Source of the DNA: Candidatus Micrarchaeota archaeon
Lineage (GTDB): Archaea; Micrarchaeota; Micrarchaeia; Anstonellales; Bilamarchaeaceae
Direction of reading: 5' to 3'
NCBI GenBank assembly: GCA_043816005.1
Contig: JBDRIM010000005.1
Span: 1 to 46,178 of the forward strand
Length of the DNA: 46,178 nt
Below, one piece after another: positions 9,887 to 18,235 of the stretch; the stretch's first letter is position 1; each line of letters opens with the position of its first letter. A program made the translations under genes and the position numbers. The notes beneath the pieces are model-generated. The model was not told where the DNA came from, made no database searches, and saw nothing but the letters and a program-made list of their open reading frames with translations.

Positions 9887-11545
9887 ATGAGATTTTTTCT
9901 GATTTTAATCATTCTACTACCATTTGTTTTTTCATCATGTAGTGGTGAACTATCACATTACATACCGGCAGTTATAGGCGATGGTGGGGGTCTTGTAAAT
10001 GTGACGATGAGAATTGCACCGGGATCTGGAGAAACATATATCACAGTTTCTCCAAGGATTGGGACGTCAACGCAGGAATCTTTACAAAATGCTGCAACTT
10101 ACTGGCAGAGTTTGTCAAATAATGAATGTGATATTTTTGTAAGTTTCCCAGGCAGGAATACAGAATCCATAGATGGACCAAGCGGTGGAGCAACATTTAG
10201 TTTGATGATTTATGCTCTTTTGAGTAACAATACGATAAGAGATGACAGCATAATAACAGGATCAATGGATAAATTTGGAAATGTAGGATCGGTTGGGGGA
10301 CTTTACGAAAAAGCAAAAGGAGTTTCATCTATCGGAGCAACATATTTCATTACTCCTGAAGAAAACTTATATGAAACATTTATGCTGAAAAATGCTGGAG
10401 AAAAATACAATATAACAATACTGCAAGTCAAAAATATGGATGAAATAATCGATTTCATGATCTACGATAAACCTATAGAAAAAACAGAATTAGATTCTAA
10501 GAAAAGACCGATACCAAATCTTACAGAATATGATTACTCGGGAATTGAGAGATTCAAGACAGTAGCAGAAAAAATAATCGATCTTGAAAACCAAACTGTT
10601 TCGAATATGATTACAAATGATAACGAAAGTATGATAGTAAAGGAATTTTTTGAAAATGAAGTTAGTAGGCAAACAATAATTTTAGATAAAGGTTATTTGT
10701 TCACAGGCGCAAATGAAGCATTCGTAAATTATATTGATCTTTCAACAATCAAAGCAATAATCATGGGCGAAATTAATTTACCACGAAAAAAAGAGAACAT
10801 TGAGAGATGTCTGGCTTCAATTTCAAGACCAAACATGACGGATAAAAACTTTGAATGGATTATTGGTGCTGATCTCCGTCAAGGATGGGCATATGATAAG
10901 CTTAGCACAACCAAAATAGATGGACTCTTGAAAGAAGAGGAATATTTCGCATATAATGAGATTATGTATTCCCAGGCATGGTGCGAAGTCGGAACAGGAC
11001 TTATAGGTGCTGCAGAACCTGAGGGTATCGAAATAAACGAAAATGAGTGGAGAGAGATAGCAGAGAAAAAACTAATTCAAGCAAAGAATATTGAAATGAA
11101 TGACGAAGACCTTAAAACAAGATTACGAATAGCAGAGGAAGCATATGGTGATGGAAGGTATGGTGCAGCCATATATGATGCAGTTTTTGTCATTGTAAAT
11201 TCACAAAGTTTACTAGATGAATTGAATATGTCAATAATAAATGAGAGTAGAAGTTCTTTGTGGGGGCAGGTCTATCAATCACACGCAGTCTTTCTTTATT
11301 CACAAAATCAAACAAAAGTTGCTTATATCACTGCAAAATATGCAGAAGAACTGGATGATATTACAGAAGAAATGAGACGTAAATTAGTACCGTTAAATAG
11401 TAGTGATGAAACTCAATCACAGTTATATTATGGGTTAATTGTGCTTGGCTCTGTGTTTTTATTAATTGTTGTAGTTATTATAATCAAAAGGCGATCTTAT
11501 GGAAATAACGGCCCGGGATATAGGAAGACTAATCGAACTAAATAA
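9887..11545 (+). CDS. Membrane-anchored Lon-like (S16) Ser-Lys serine protease without an AAA domain
   Basis: Signal peptide; DGPSGG catalytic Ser; VGGLYEKA catalytic Lys; helical middle region; C-terminal TM followed by KRR. Confidence 0.85.
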   Translation: MRFFLILIILLPFVFSSCSGELSHYIPAVIGDGGGLVNVTMRIAPGSGETYITVSPRIGTSTQESLQNAATYWQSLSNNECDIFVSFPGRNTESIDGPSGGATFSLMIYALLSNNTIRDDSIITGSMDKFGNVGSVGGLYEKAKGVSSIGATYFITPEENLYETFMLKNAGEKYNITILQVKNMDEIIDFMIYDKPIEKTELDSKKRPIPNLTEYDYSGIERFKTVAEKIIDLENQTVSNMITNDNESMIVKEFFENEVSRQTIILDKGYLFTGANEAFVNYIDLSTIKAIIMGEINLPRKKENIERCLASISRPNMTDKNFEWIIGADLRQGWAYDKLSTTKIDGLLKEEEYFAYNEIMYSQAWCEVGTGLIGAAEPEGIEINENEWREIAEKKLIQAKNIEMNDEDLKTRLRIAEEAYGDGRYGAAIYDAVFVIVNSQSLLDELNMSIINESRSSLWGQVYQSHAVFLYSQNQTKVAYITAKYAEELDDITEEMRRKLVPLNSSDETQSQLYYGLIVLGSVFLLIVVVIIIKRRSYGNNGPGYRKTNRTK

Positions 11546-12302
11546 GAAAAAGGCCGAATTAGAATTTAAAAGAACGATTTATGGTGAAGAGTCATCAGAA
11601 TCAGTGTTGGTTAACAAAAATGCAACTGTGTTAACAGAAAAAACACGTAACGCTGGCATTGAAATTGTTTATCCAAATCAACGAAAATTAGATGCACTGG
11701 CAAAGGTTCTCAGTGGTTTTACTAAGGACGAAATAAGAGAGGCAATAAAAACAAAAAAAGGTAAAGCATACGAAATCCTAAAGGAAAGAGGCATAATAGT
11801 AAAAAGGAATTACGAAAATAGATTTGAGATAGCAAAATTGTTTATGATAGCAGCAAAGATGAAAGATGATGAGAAAAGAGCATTTCTTGATGTGTTGGCA
11901 GCTGGTTGTTTGGCCAAAGCACTCAAAATTGAATCATTAGATGAAAATACCAAGAAAAAACTCACAAGAATAATGAAACGGTGTGGTATTGGACTTGCAG
12001 AATTTGAAAAAGAATTTATGCCTGCACACCACGATGAACCTGAGGTTAGAGTAGAAATATCAAATAGGTATATATGGGTAGAACAAGCAACACTCGTTAG
12101 GATACAAGAAAATTTGAATAAAATTAGTTCTATTAATTCAAAAATACAACTTAAAAATGCTGAGAGACAGATTAGGACTTTTGGTGAGGAGGAGGAAGGA
12201 TATTTCAACAATCTCCAGCAGGAATATCTTTTTTTACTGAAGGAACAAGACGAATTATTGAAAGGATATTGGGATGAAGAAAAGATCTCAGTAATGGTTT
12301 GA
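11499..12302 (+). CDS. Hypothetical charged/coiled-coil protein
   Basis: 267-aa ORF with host-like codon usage, overlapping the protease 3' end. Confidence 0.7.
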   Translation: MEITARDIGRLIELNKKKAELEFKRTIYGEESSESVLVNKNATVLTEKTRNAGIEIVYPNQRKLDALAKVLSGFTKDEIREAIKTKKGKAYEILKERGIIVKRNYENRFEIAKLFMIAAKMKDDEKRAFLDVLAAGCLAKALKIESLDENTKKKLTRIMKRCGIGLAEFEKEFMPAHHDEPEVRVEISNRYIWVEQATLVRIQENLNKISSINSKIQLKNAERQIRTFGEEEEGYFNNLQQEYLFLLKEQDELLKGYWDEEKISVMV

Positions 12303-12325
12303 TTAGCGTTTGGGATAGTTCTTCA

Positions 12326-13837
12326 TCATAAAAAAGCTTCCACATTCTTCTCTTTCTTATCTTGTTTTTCTTCAAATTCTTTTGCTTGAATATGCAACGG
12401 TGCACCTTTTTCACGTTTTAGAGATTTTCTGTCACGTACTGAAATAAAAATCGGATAGTTCACAGCAGCACCAACAATTATTGCTTCTCCAACCTTAAGC
12501 CCAGTAATGCTTTTTGCAACCCGTGAATCAATACCCTCAGAACTCATTTGTATATGGTCAAGATCATTTGGATTGGTCACTCTTAGAATAATATGAGTAT
12601 TGCATTGGCTAAGTGCAGTTGTACTCAGATTCACAGGTCTTTGACTTATGAGGCATAAAGAAGAACCAAATTTTCTCCCTTCGCGTGCAATTGTCTCGAT
12701 TATAGCTCGTGAAACGACTTCACTTTCTTCTGCTTTTTGTTTTGCAAAATTATGAGCTTCTTCTATTAACAATAAGAATGGTGGAATTTTGCCTTTTTTC
12801 CGTAAATTGAAAAGCCTTCTAGCAATTAGTGAAACTAAAATTTGTTTTTTTCTTAAAGAATCAATTGAATTAAAATCAAGAATAAGCATATGACCCGGTT
12901 TGACCTGTGAAATTAGTTTTGGATTTTCTGTTTTTCTAGATAGGAAACGATAGCGTTTCAATTCATTGATGCTCCTTTTGAGTGCACGTTTCACTTCATC
13001 TTTTGAAACATCTGATGAATCGATAGTTGAAATAAGATCTTTGATATTGTAACCATCTCCATCTTTTTTTTCTGTTTTTAGCGAGGATAAAACATGCCGT
13101 AAAACATCACGCTGGGGTGCAGAGAGATGAGGTAACCACTCACTCATTATTTCAGGGTGAATTTTTGTTAACGGAACAGAAATTTCGTTTCCTTCGATAA
13201 TAGTTGTTTTTGAACCAAACACAGGGTCGTGTGCAAACCCACAATATTCTCCATGAATGTCAATTATTACAACTGCCACTCTACCATCTTCTTTTTTTCT
13301 CATGAGTAATTCTTCAAGAAGAACACTTGCAAGATGTGATTTCCCGGCTCCTGACATTGCCAGGATGGCAAAATGTTTCTGAAGAAGCCTTGTTAGTGAG
13401 ATGGTTGCTGGAATGTCATGATGTTCAATTGAGCCAAGATGAAGTCCTTTTTCTTCAAAACCAAGAAATATTTGTAATACTGCATTTTCTGCGAGTTTAA
13501 CCTTTGCCCCTGGTGATGGTGGTGTAAATGATCTTTCGAATTTTTTATCAGTAAAAGTACCTAATATTTTTACCACTCCAATAACATGTTCCCAAGAATC
13601 TGAGGGGAATTGGGAGGGAATTGGGGTTGTGCGCTCAAATTCAGCAACGCTTTCTGCTCGCTCAAAATAACGATTTGATTTGAAAACTTCAGAAATAAAA
13701 CCAAATAGGATGCCATTGCCATGTTGTACTTGGACGTACTGACCCTTTTTGATGCATTTTTCTTTTACAACAAATGAAAATTCAGATGTTGATGGTGATT
13801 CTTCAGTAGCTAATATGACTCCCAAGGATTCGTTCAT
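12326..13837 (-). CDS. herA: HerA/FtsK-superfamily ATPase with N-terminal HAS barrel
   Basis: HFAILAMSGAGKS Walker A, IIDIHGEY, LLIEEAHNF Walker B, AREGRKFG, SQRP, LSQCNT. Confidence 0.85.
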   Translation of the reverse strand: MNESLGVILATEESPSTSEFSFVVKEKCIKKGQYVQVQHGNGILFGFISEVFKSNRYFERAESVAEFERTTPIPSQFPSDSWEHVIGVVKILGTFTDKKFERSFTPPSPGAKVKLAENAVLQIFLGFEEKGLHLGSIEHHDIPATISLTRLLQKHFAILAMSGAGKSHLASVLLEELLMRKKEDGRVAVVIIDIHGEYCGFAHDPVFGSKTTIIEGNEISVPLTKIHPEIMSEWLPHLSAPQRDVLRHVLSSLKTEKKDGDGYNIKDLISTIDSSDVSKDEVKRALKRSINELKRYRFLSRKTENPKLISQVKPGHMLILDFNSIDSLRKKQILVSLIARRLFNLRKKGKIPPFLLLIEEAHNFAKQKAEESEVVSRAIIETIAREGRKFGSSLCLISQRPVNLSTTALSQCNTHIILRVTNPNDLDHIQMSSEGIDSRVAKSITGLKVGEAIIVGAAVNYPIFISVRDRKSLKREKGAPLHIQAKEFEEKQDKKEKNVEAFL

Positions 13838-13867
13838 GGAAGTAATTAGTAAGGGAAATTAAAAAGT

Positions 13868-14323
13868 CTAGCGGCGCAATGTTTGTGATCCATTAGTTTG
13901 TCCTGGACCAGAACGACCAAGTTTTTTTACATCAACAGCAGTTGGTCCTGTTGGTTTTGGAATGAATTTATCAGCAGAACTACCACGAAGCTTTGGAATA
14001 GCAGAACCTGGAGGAAGTTGTTCTTCCCTCACCGTATCACTATCATAGCCTCCATCTGGATTTAACTTTGCAACAAATGTTCTTGTTGGATTTGGACCTC
14101 TTTCAAAGAAGAATAATGTTGGTTCTTTTGGAACTGATGCACCATCTTGGACAGTAGTAGCATCAACAGGCAGACGTTCAGTTGTATGAACGCTGTTAAA
14201 GCCCATTCTAGCAAATGTTTTTCTGTCTGGGGGGTCTGGATAAAATGCAACACCGATTGCAGCAGAGCTAAATGGACTAGTTCTTGATCCAACGATTAAA
14301 TAGGCATGATTCATATCGGTCAT
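13868..14323 (-). CDS. Hypothetical protein
   Basis: 151-aa ORF fills the gap; TATA-like TTTATAAA upstream; no recognisable motif. Confidence 0.55.
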   Translation of the reverse strand: MTDMNHAYLIVGSRTSPFSSAAIGVAFYPDPPDRKTFARMGFNSVHTTERLPVDATTVQDGASVPKEPTLFFFERGPNPTRTFVAKLNPDGGYDSDTVREEQLPPGSAIPKLRGSSADKFIPKPTGPTAVDVKKLGRSGPGQTNGSQTLRR

Positions 14324-14378
14324 TCTAACACCAAATCTAATTGATTATAACAATGGTAGTATTTATAAAGATGTGTAA

Positions 14379-14870
14379 CTACTCAAAATTTAATCTAGCG
14401 AATTTCATGAATTTTGGTTCTTCTCCGTCAACAATCGCAATTGCCAATTCTTTTCGCAATCTTCCGGCTGTTTCCAAAGATGGGGTTAACGTTTCAACAG
14501 ACGCTTTCCAGGTTTTTGGAACAACTTCGATAAGATAATAAGTTTTATCTTCTCCAGGACGCACGCCTTTGCGATGAAGTCGTAAAAATGAAGTGCCATC
14601 TAAACTTGGCCTAACAATATATCCTCGGTCACGAAGATATTTTATTACATGATATTTTTCAGCACAAAGTTTATCTTTTTTTGCAGCGTACTGTAAAAGT
14701 TCATCTTTTGGAACTGGTAATACACCACGATCTGCAAAATAAGCTGCCTCGAGAAATGTTATTTTTGTCTCGTTTTCGTCTTCAACACCTGCACCAAGGC
14801 TTCTGAGCTTAAGTATAAGTGATTTTTGTCTTATTATGAGAAAATCATCTGTAAATTCAATTTCTTTCAT
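14379..14870 (-). CDS. endA: tRNA-splicing endonuclease subunit, probably structural (non-catalytic)
   Basis: True start MKEIEF at 14870. Motifs FLEAAY, YLRDRGYIVR, RLRKELAIAIVD. Catalytic Tyr and His positions read H and K. Confidence 0.8.
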   Translation of the reverse strand: MKEIEFTDDFLIIRQKSLILKLRSLGAGVEDENETKITFLEAAYFADRGVLPVPKDELLQYAAKKDKLCAEKYHVIKYLRDRGYIVRPSLDGTSFLRLHRKGVRPGEDKTYYLIEVVPKTWKASVETLTPSLETAGRLRKELAIAIVDGEEPKFMKFARLNFE

Positions 14871-14931
14871 TATAAGATTAGCACAACGAATATTATAAAA
14901 ATAAGAGCAGTAGTAATTCTTGGAGAAGATT

Positions 14932-15348
14932 ATGATAATTGCATTTACTGATGGCGCTTCAAGCGGAAATCCAGGTCCAATGGGAATAGGAGTAGTTATT
15001 ATAAAAGATGGATTTGTTGTCGACGAACTTAGTGAATATTTAGGTGATGGAACAAATAATATTGCCGAGTATAAAGCGATAATAAAAGCATTGGAAACAG
15101 TACATAGTATGGGAGAGATGGAAGTACATATTAAAAGCGATAGCGAGCTTGCGATAAGACAGTTAACACATGAATACAAAGTGAAGGACCCTGAACTAAT
15201 TTTATTGAAGAAACATGTAGAACATCTTTGTATAGGGATAAAAGTTTCATTTGAGCATATACCCAGGGAAAAAAACAGTGAAGCAGATAAATTATCAAAA
15301 GAAGCAGTGATACTTGCCAAGAGGCGCCAAAATGCAAATCGTAAATAA
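14932..15348 (+). CDS. rnhA: Ribonuclease HI
   Basis: FTDGASSGNPG, TNNIAEY, SDSEL, HIPREKNSEADKL. ATG at 14932; alternative TTG at 14920. Confidence 0.92.
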   Translation: MIIAFTDGASSGNPGPMGIGVVIIKDGFVVDELSEYLGDGTNNIAEYKAIIKALETVHSMGEMEVHIKSDSELAIRQLTHEYKVKDPELILLKKHVEHLCIGIKVSFEHIPREKNSEADKLSKEAVILAKRRQNANRK

Positions 15349-16474
15349 GCCAGAGCTTGGCCAGTATATGACATTCGAATTTAGCAAGGAAAAACAGATC
15401 CACGGCTGGTTCTGGTATAAGGAAGGTTTTGCTCCTGAAATTGTTGAATGGAGTATTAGTGAATCCAAAAAAAACAATGGGCCAAAAAAAATTCTTGATC
15501 CTTTCTGTGGGGTTGGAACAGCTTTACTTACTGCAAAAAATTGTGGAATTCAATCTATTGGTGTTGATGCCTCTTCTCTTGCAGTTTTCATATCGAAAAC
15601 CAAAACAGACGACTACGAACAAAAAGATCTTGAAGATGCCCGCGCATTTCTTGAGAAAAAACTTCAAGTTCCTACAACACGTTGGCAATTTGAGTTGTTT
15701 GATGCAAGAGCAGCATTTCCAAAGAGAAATTACAATGAAATTTTAGCATTACGAGAAGCTATTGAACAGGAAAATGAAAAAGTACGCAATCTGCTTCTTC
15801 TTGCACTTCTATCTATTTTACCGCAAGCAAGTATAGTTCTGAAAGATGGCGGCGTATTGAAAATAATGAAGAACAAAAAAGCATTGCCTGCACGTGAGAT
15901 ATTCAAAAGACGAGTAAAAAGAATGGTTAGGGATTTGGAAACGCAAAAAATAGGTCACGGCCCACAAGTTTATCTTGGAGATGCAAGAGCTATGGATATA
16001 GAAGGAGAATCAATAGATTTAGTTATCACTTCCCCACCTTATTTGAACAACATTGACTATTCAAAAATTTATGGCCTTGAACTAAGTTTACTTTCCATGA
16101 GCAAAGCAGAAGCTTCAGAAGTTAGGATGAGAGCCATAAGATCATTTATTGGAAAACAGATGGATGTTGGACAAATGCCCGAGGAAATTGGTGAGATTGG
16201 TGAAAGAATACCAATCATTGGCACATATTTCAGAGATATGGAATTGGCAATTAGCGAAATGTACCGAGTTTTGAATGAGAATGGTGAAGCACACATAATT
16301 GTTTCAAATTCGGTAATTCATGATACTCATGTTATGGTTGATGAAGTTTTCGGACAGATGGCTGAAAGGATTGGATTTAAAGAAGCAGAAATTGTTGTTG
16401 GAGCTGAAAGAATTGCTGATGTAAAACCAGCTAAAGTTAAAACAAGAGAAAGCATTGTTATTTTGAGGAAATGA
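15332..16474 (+). CDS. Orphan amino (N4-C/N6-A) DNA methyltransferase, alpha-class motif order
   Basis: ILDPFCGVGT (motif I) precedes VITSPPY (motif IV). No restriction enzyme gene adjacent. Confidence 0.8.
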   Translation: MQIVNKPELGQYMTFEFSKEKQIHGWFWYKEGFAPEIVEWSISESKKNNGPKKILDPFCGVGTALLTAKNCGIQSIGVDASSLAVFISKTKTDDYEQKDLEDARAFLEKKLQVPTTRWQFELFDARAAFPKRNYNEILALREAIEQENEKVRNLLLLALLSILPQASIVLKDGGVLKIMKNKKALPAREIFKRRVKRMVRDLETQKIGHGPQVYLGDARAMDIEGESIDLVITSPPYLNNIDYSKIYGLELSLLSMSKAEASEVRMRAIRSFIGKQMDVGQMPEEIGEIGERIPIIGTYFRDMELAISEMYRVLNENGEAHIIVSNSVIHDTHVMVDEVFGQMAERIGFKEAEIVVGAERIADVKPAKVKTRESIVILRK

Positions 16475-16478
16475 GTTC

Positions 16479-16991
16479 ATGATTCATCCATTCAAAAATA
16501 AAAAACCAAATTTTTTTGGAAATAACTTTTTGGCACCAAGTGCAGAAATTATCGGAGATGTTGAAATTGGCCAGGGGTCAAGTATTTGGTATAATGCAGT
16601 TGTTCGAGCTGATATAGGTGCGATAAAAATTGGCAATAATGTAAGTGTTCAGGATGGTTGTGTTCTTCATACTCAACAAAATATACCACTTATTATTGGG
16701 GACGATGTTGCAGTAGGGCATAATGCAGTATTGCATTCTTGCGAAATAGCAGGAAATTGTATAATAGGCATGGGAGCCATTTTACTTTCGAGATCAAAAA
16801 TCGGAAAAAACTGCATAGTTGGTGCAGGAAGCGTAATAACTGAAGGAACAGAAATTCCAGATAATTCAATTGTTATGGGAATTCCTGGGAAAGTTGTAAA
16901 ACAAATAACTGATGAACACAAAACCAGGATAAAAAGAAACATTGAAGAATATATTCGATTGAATAAAGAGTATCTAGCTGAGAAAAAATAG
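16479..16991 (+). CDS. Gamma-class carbonic anhydrase family (CaiE/YrdA/PaaY-like) hexapeptide-repeat protein
   Basis: IIGDVEIG, VRAD, VQDGCVLH, GHNAVLH metal-binding His; left-handed beta-helix repeats. Confidence 0.9.
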   Translation: MIHPFKNKKPNFFGNNFLAPSAEIIGDVEIGQGSSIWYNAVVRADIGAIKIGNNVSVQDGCVLHTQQNIPLIIGDDVAVGHNAVLHSCEIAGNCIIGMGAILLSRSKIGKNCIVGAGSVITEGTEIPDNSIVMGIPGKVVKQITDEHKTRIKRNIEEYIRLNKEYLAEKK

Positions 16992-17023
16992 TCTCTTTTT
17001 TGTTAGCTAAACTGAGGATTATT

Positions 17024-17065
17024 ATGTTAATAGGAATTGTTGGAAAACTTTTTTGGAAAGCTTAA
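17024..17065 (+). pseudogene. Relic 5' end of ychF (MLIGIVGK...GK)
   Basis: GAGGA RBS at 17014-17018, then ATG TTA ATA GGA ATT GTT GGA AAA C TTTTTT GGA AAG. Aligns codon by codon with the intact ychF start at 18236 (MLIGLCGKPSSGK). Stops at TAA 17063-17065. Confidence 0.75.
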
Positions 17066-17090
17066 TAAAATTAGGCTTGATAGGAAGGAC

Positions 17091-18233
17091 ATGAAAAGGG
17101 TTAATATTTGGGAGTTCCGATCTAGAGTTAATATACGAGTCGATGAAGAATTTTTGATACGCATCAAACGCAAGCTTTATGAAAGATATAAGACCAGAGC
17201 GAGTATTTATCGAGCTTTAAAAAGCAGAATTCACTTTAGCTCAGACACATTTAATAATTTCTTAAAAGAAAGTCACCATAGGAAATTCTTTGTTCCGTTA
17301 GAGATTTGGATTCAAGTCTGTGATGTTCTTAATGTTAGTTTGTATGACCTACAGGACAGCATAGTTGCATATAAGACCAGCGGGGGGCCAAATTTTATTT
17401 CAGAACCGATATTGCCAGTTGAGATAACCCCAGTATTTGACATGATACTTGCCCATAATATTGCAGATGGAACCGTGATAAACCCAAAAAAAGGCCGTTT
17501 GCCATATTTTGGATACAGGCAATTGGATAAGCAAATTCGAAGCTTATATATAACAAAATTGGAATCTGTATTCGGACGGATAAATTTTCCAAATAAGTAT
17601 TATTTGGTAACTACGCGACCATACTGTCCCCCAGTGCTTTCTAGTTTGTTTTTCAACGAATATAAACTGAATACAAAAAGTTTTCTCTCAAGAAGTGCCC
17701 GTATACCAAAAGAAATAATGGCCAAGAGCCATGAATACATTCTTGCAGTTCTAGTTGCATTTATCATAGACGAAGGATGGATCGATTCGACACTGATTGG
17801 AATTTCAGTAAAAAACATAGGATTGTCAAGGGATCTGCGTAACATATGTTCAAAATTAGGGTATAAAACAGCATTTACAATTAAAGGGGAATATGGGACA
17901 GTATTGATACTCAGAAATGGTATGAGGAAGTTTTTCGAAGATTACAAAAAGATAATTAGGGAGTATCCTGAGATGAGTCTTGGTGGAAAAGAAACAAAAA
18001 TTGAAAATAGTTTCAAAATATACAACCGGCCGATTTATAAGACAAAGGGAAATAAAGAGAATATATTGAACATGCTAGAAAAGGAACCATTAACGATCAA
18101 TCAAATTGCTCTGAGAATAAATATGACCAGACAGGGGGTCAGATTTCACATTCATAATTTAGAAAAGGCAAACTTAATCTCAAAAGCAGAAGTTAACAAG
18201 GAAAAAGAAATTGTGTATAAGTTCGGAGGATGA
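17091..18233 (+). CDS. Free-standing two-motif LAGLIDADG endonuclease-like protein with C-terminal winged HTH
   Basis: LPVEITPVFDMILAHNIADG and IPKEI...LVAFIIDEG motifs. C-terminal ILNMLEKEPLTINQIA...RQGVRFHIHNLEKANLI wHTH. ATG at 17091 follows AGGAAGGAC; the frame is open from 17037. Confidence 0.75.
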   Translation: MKRVNIWEFRSRVNIRVDEEFLIRIKRKLYERYKTRASIYRALKSRIHFSSDTFNNFLKESHHRKFFVPLEIWIQVCDVLNVSLYDLQDSIVAYKTSGGPNFISEPILPVEITPVFDMILAHNIADGTVINPKKGRLPYFGYRQLDKQIRSLYITKLESVFGRINFPNKYYLVTTRPYCPPVLSSLFFNEYKLNTKSFLSRSARIPKEIMAKSHEYILAVLVAFIIDEGWIDSTLIGISVKNIGLSRDLRNICSKLGYKTAFTIKGEYGTVLILRNGMRKFFEDYKKIIREYPEMSLGGKETKIENSFKIYNRPIYKTKGNKENILNMLEKEPLTINQIALRINMTRQGVRFHIHNLEKANLISKAEVNKEKEIVYKFGG

Positions 18234-18235
18234 AC

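Noticed and set aside
14871..15374. N-terminal 168-aa extension of the 331-aa minus-strand ORF (apparent fusion to EndA)
   Set aside because: It is the antisense shadow of rnhA; EndA similarity begins at Met 14870.
15332..16474. Restriction-modification or defence island
   Set aside because: The methyltransferase is flanked by rnhA and gamma-CA with no nuclease partner. The nearby LAGLIDADG gene is better explained by the ychF insertion.
17091..18233. Intein or self-splicing intron in ychF
   Set aside because: No Cys/Ser-1, TxxH or C-terminal HN blocks; the ORF has its own stop; ychF downstream is complete, so splicing is unnecessary. No convincing BHB motif was seen at the junctions.
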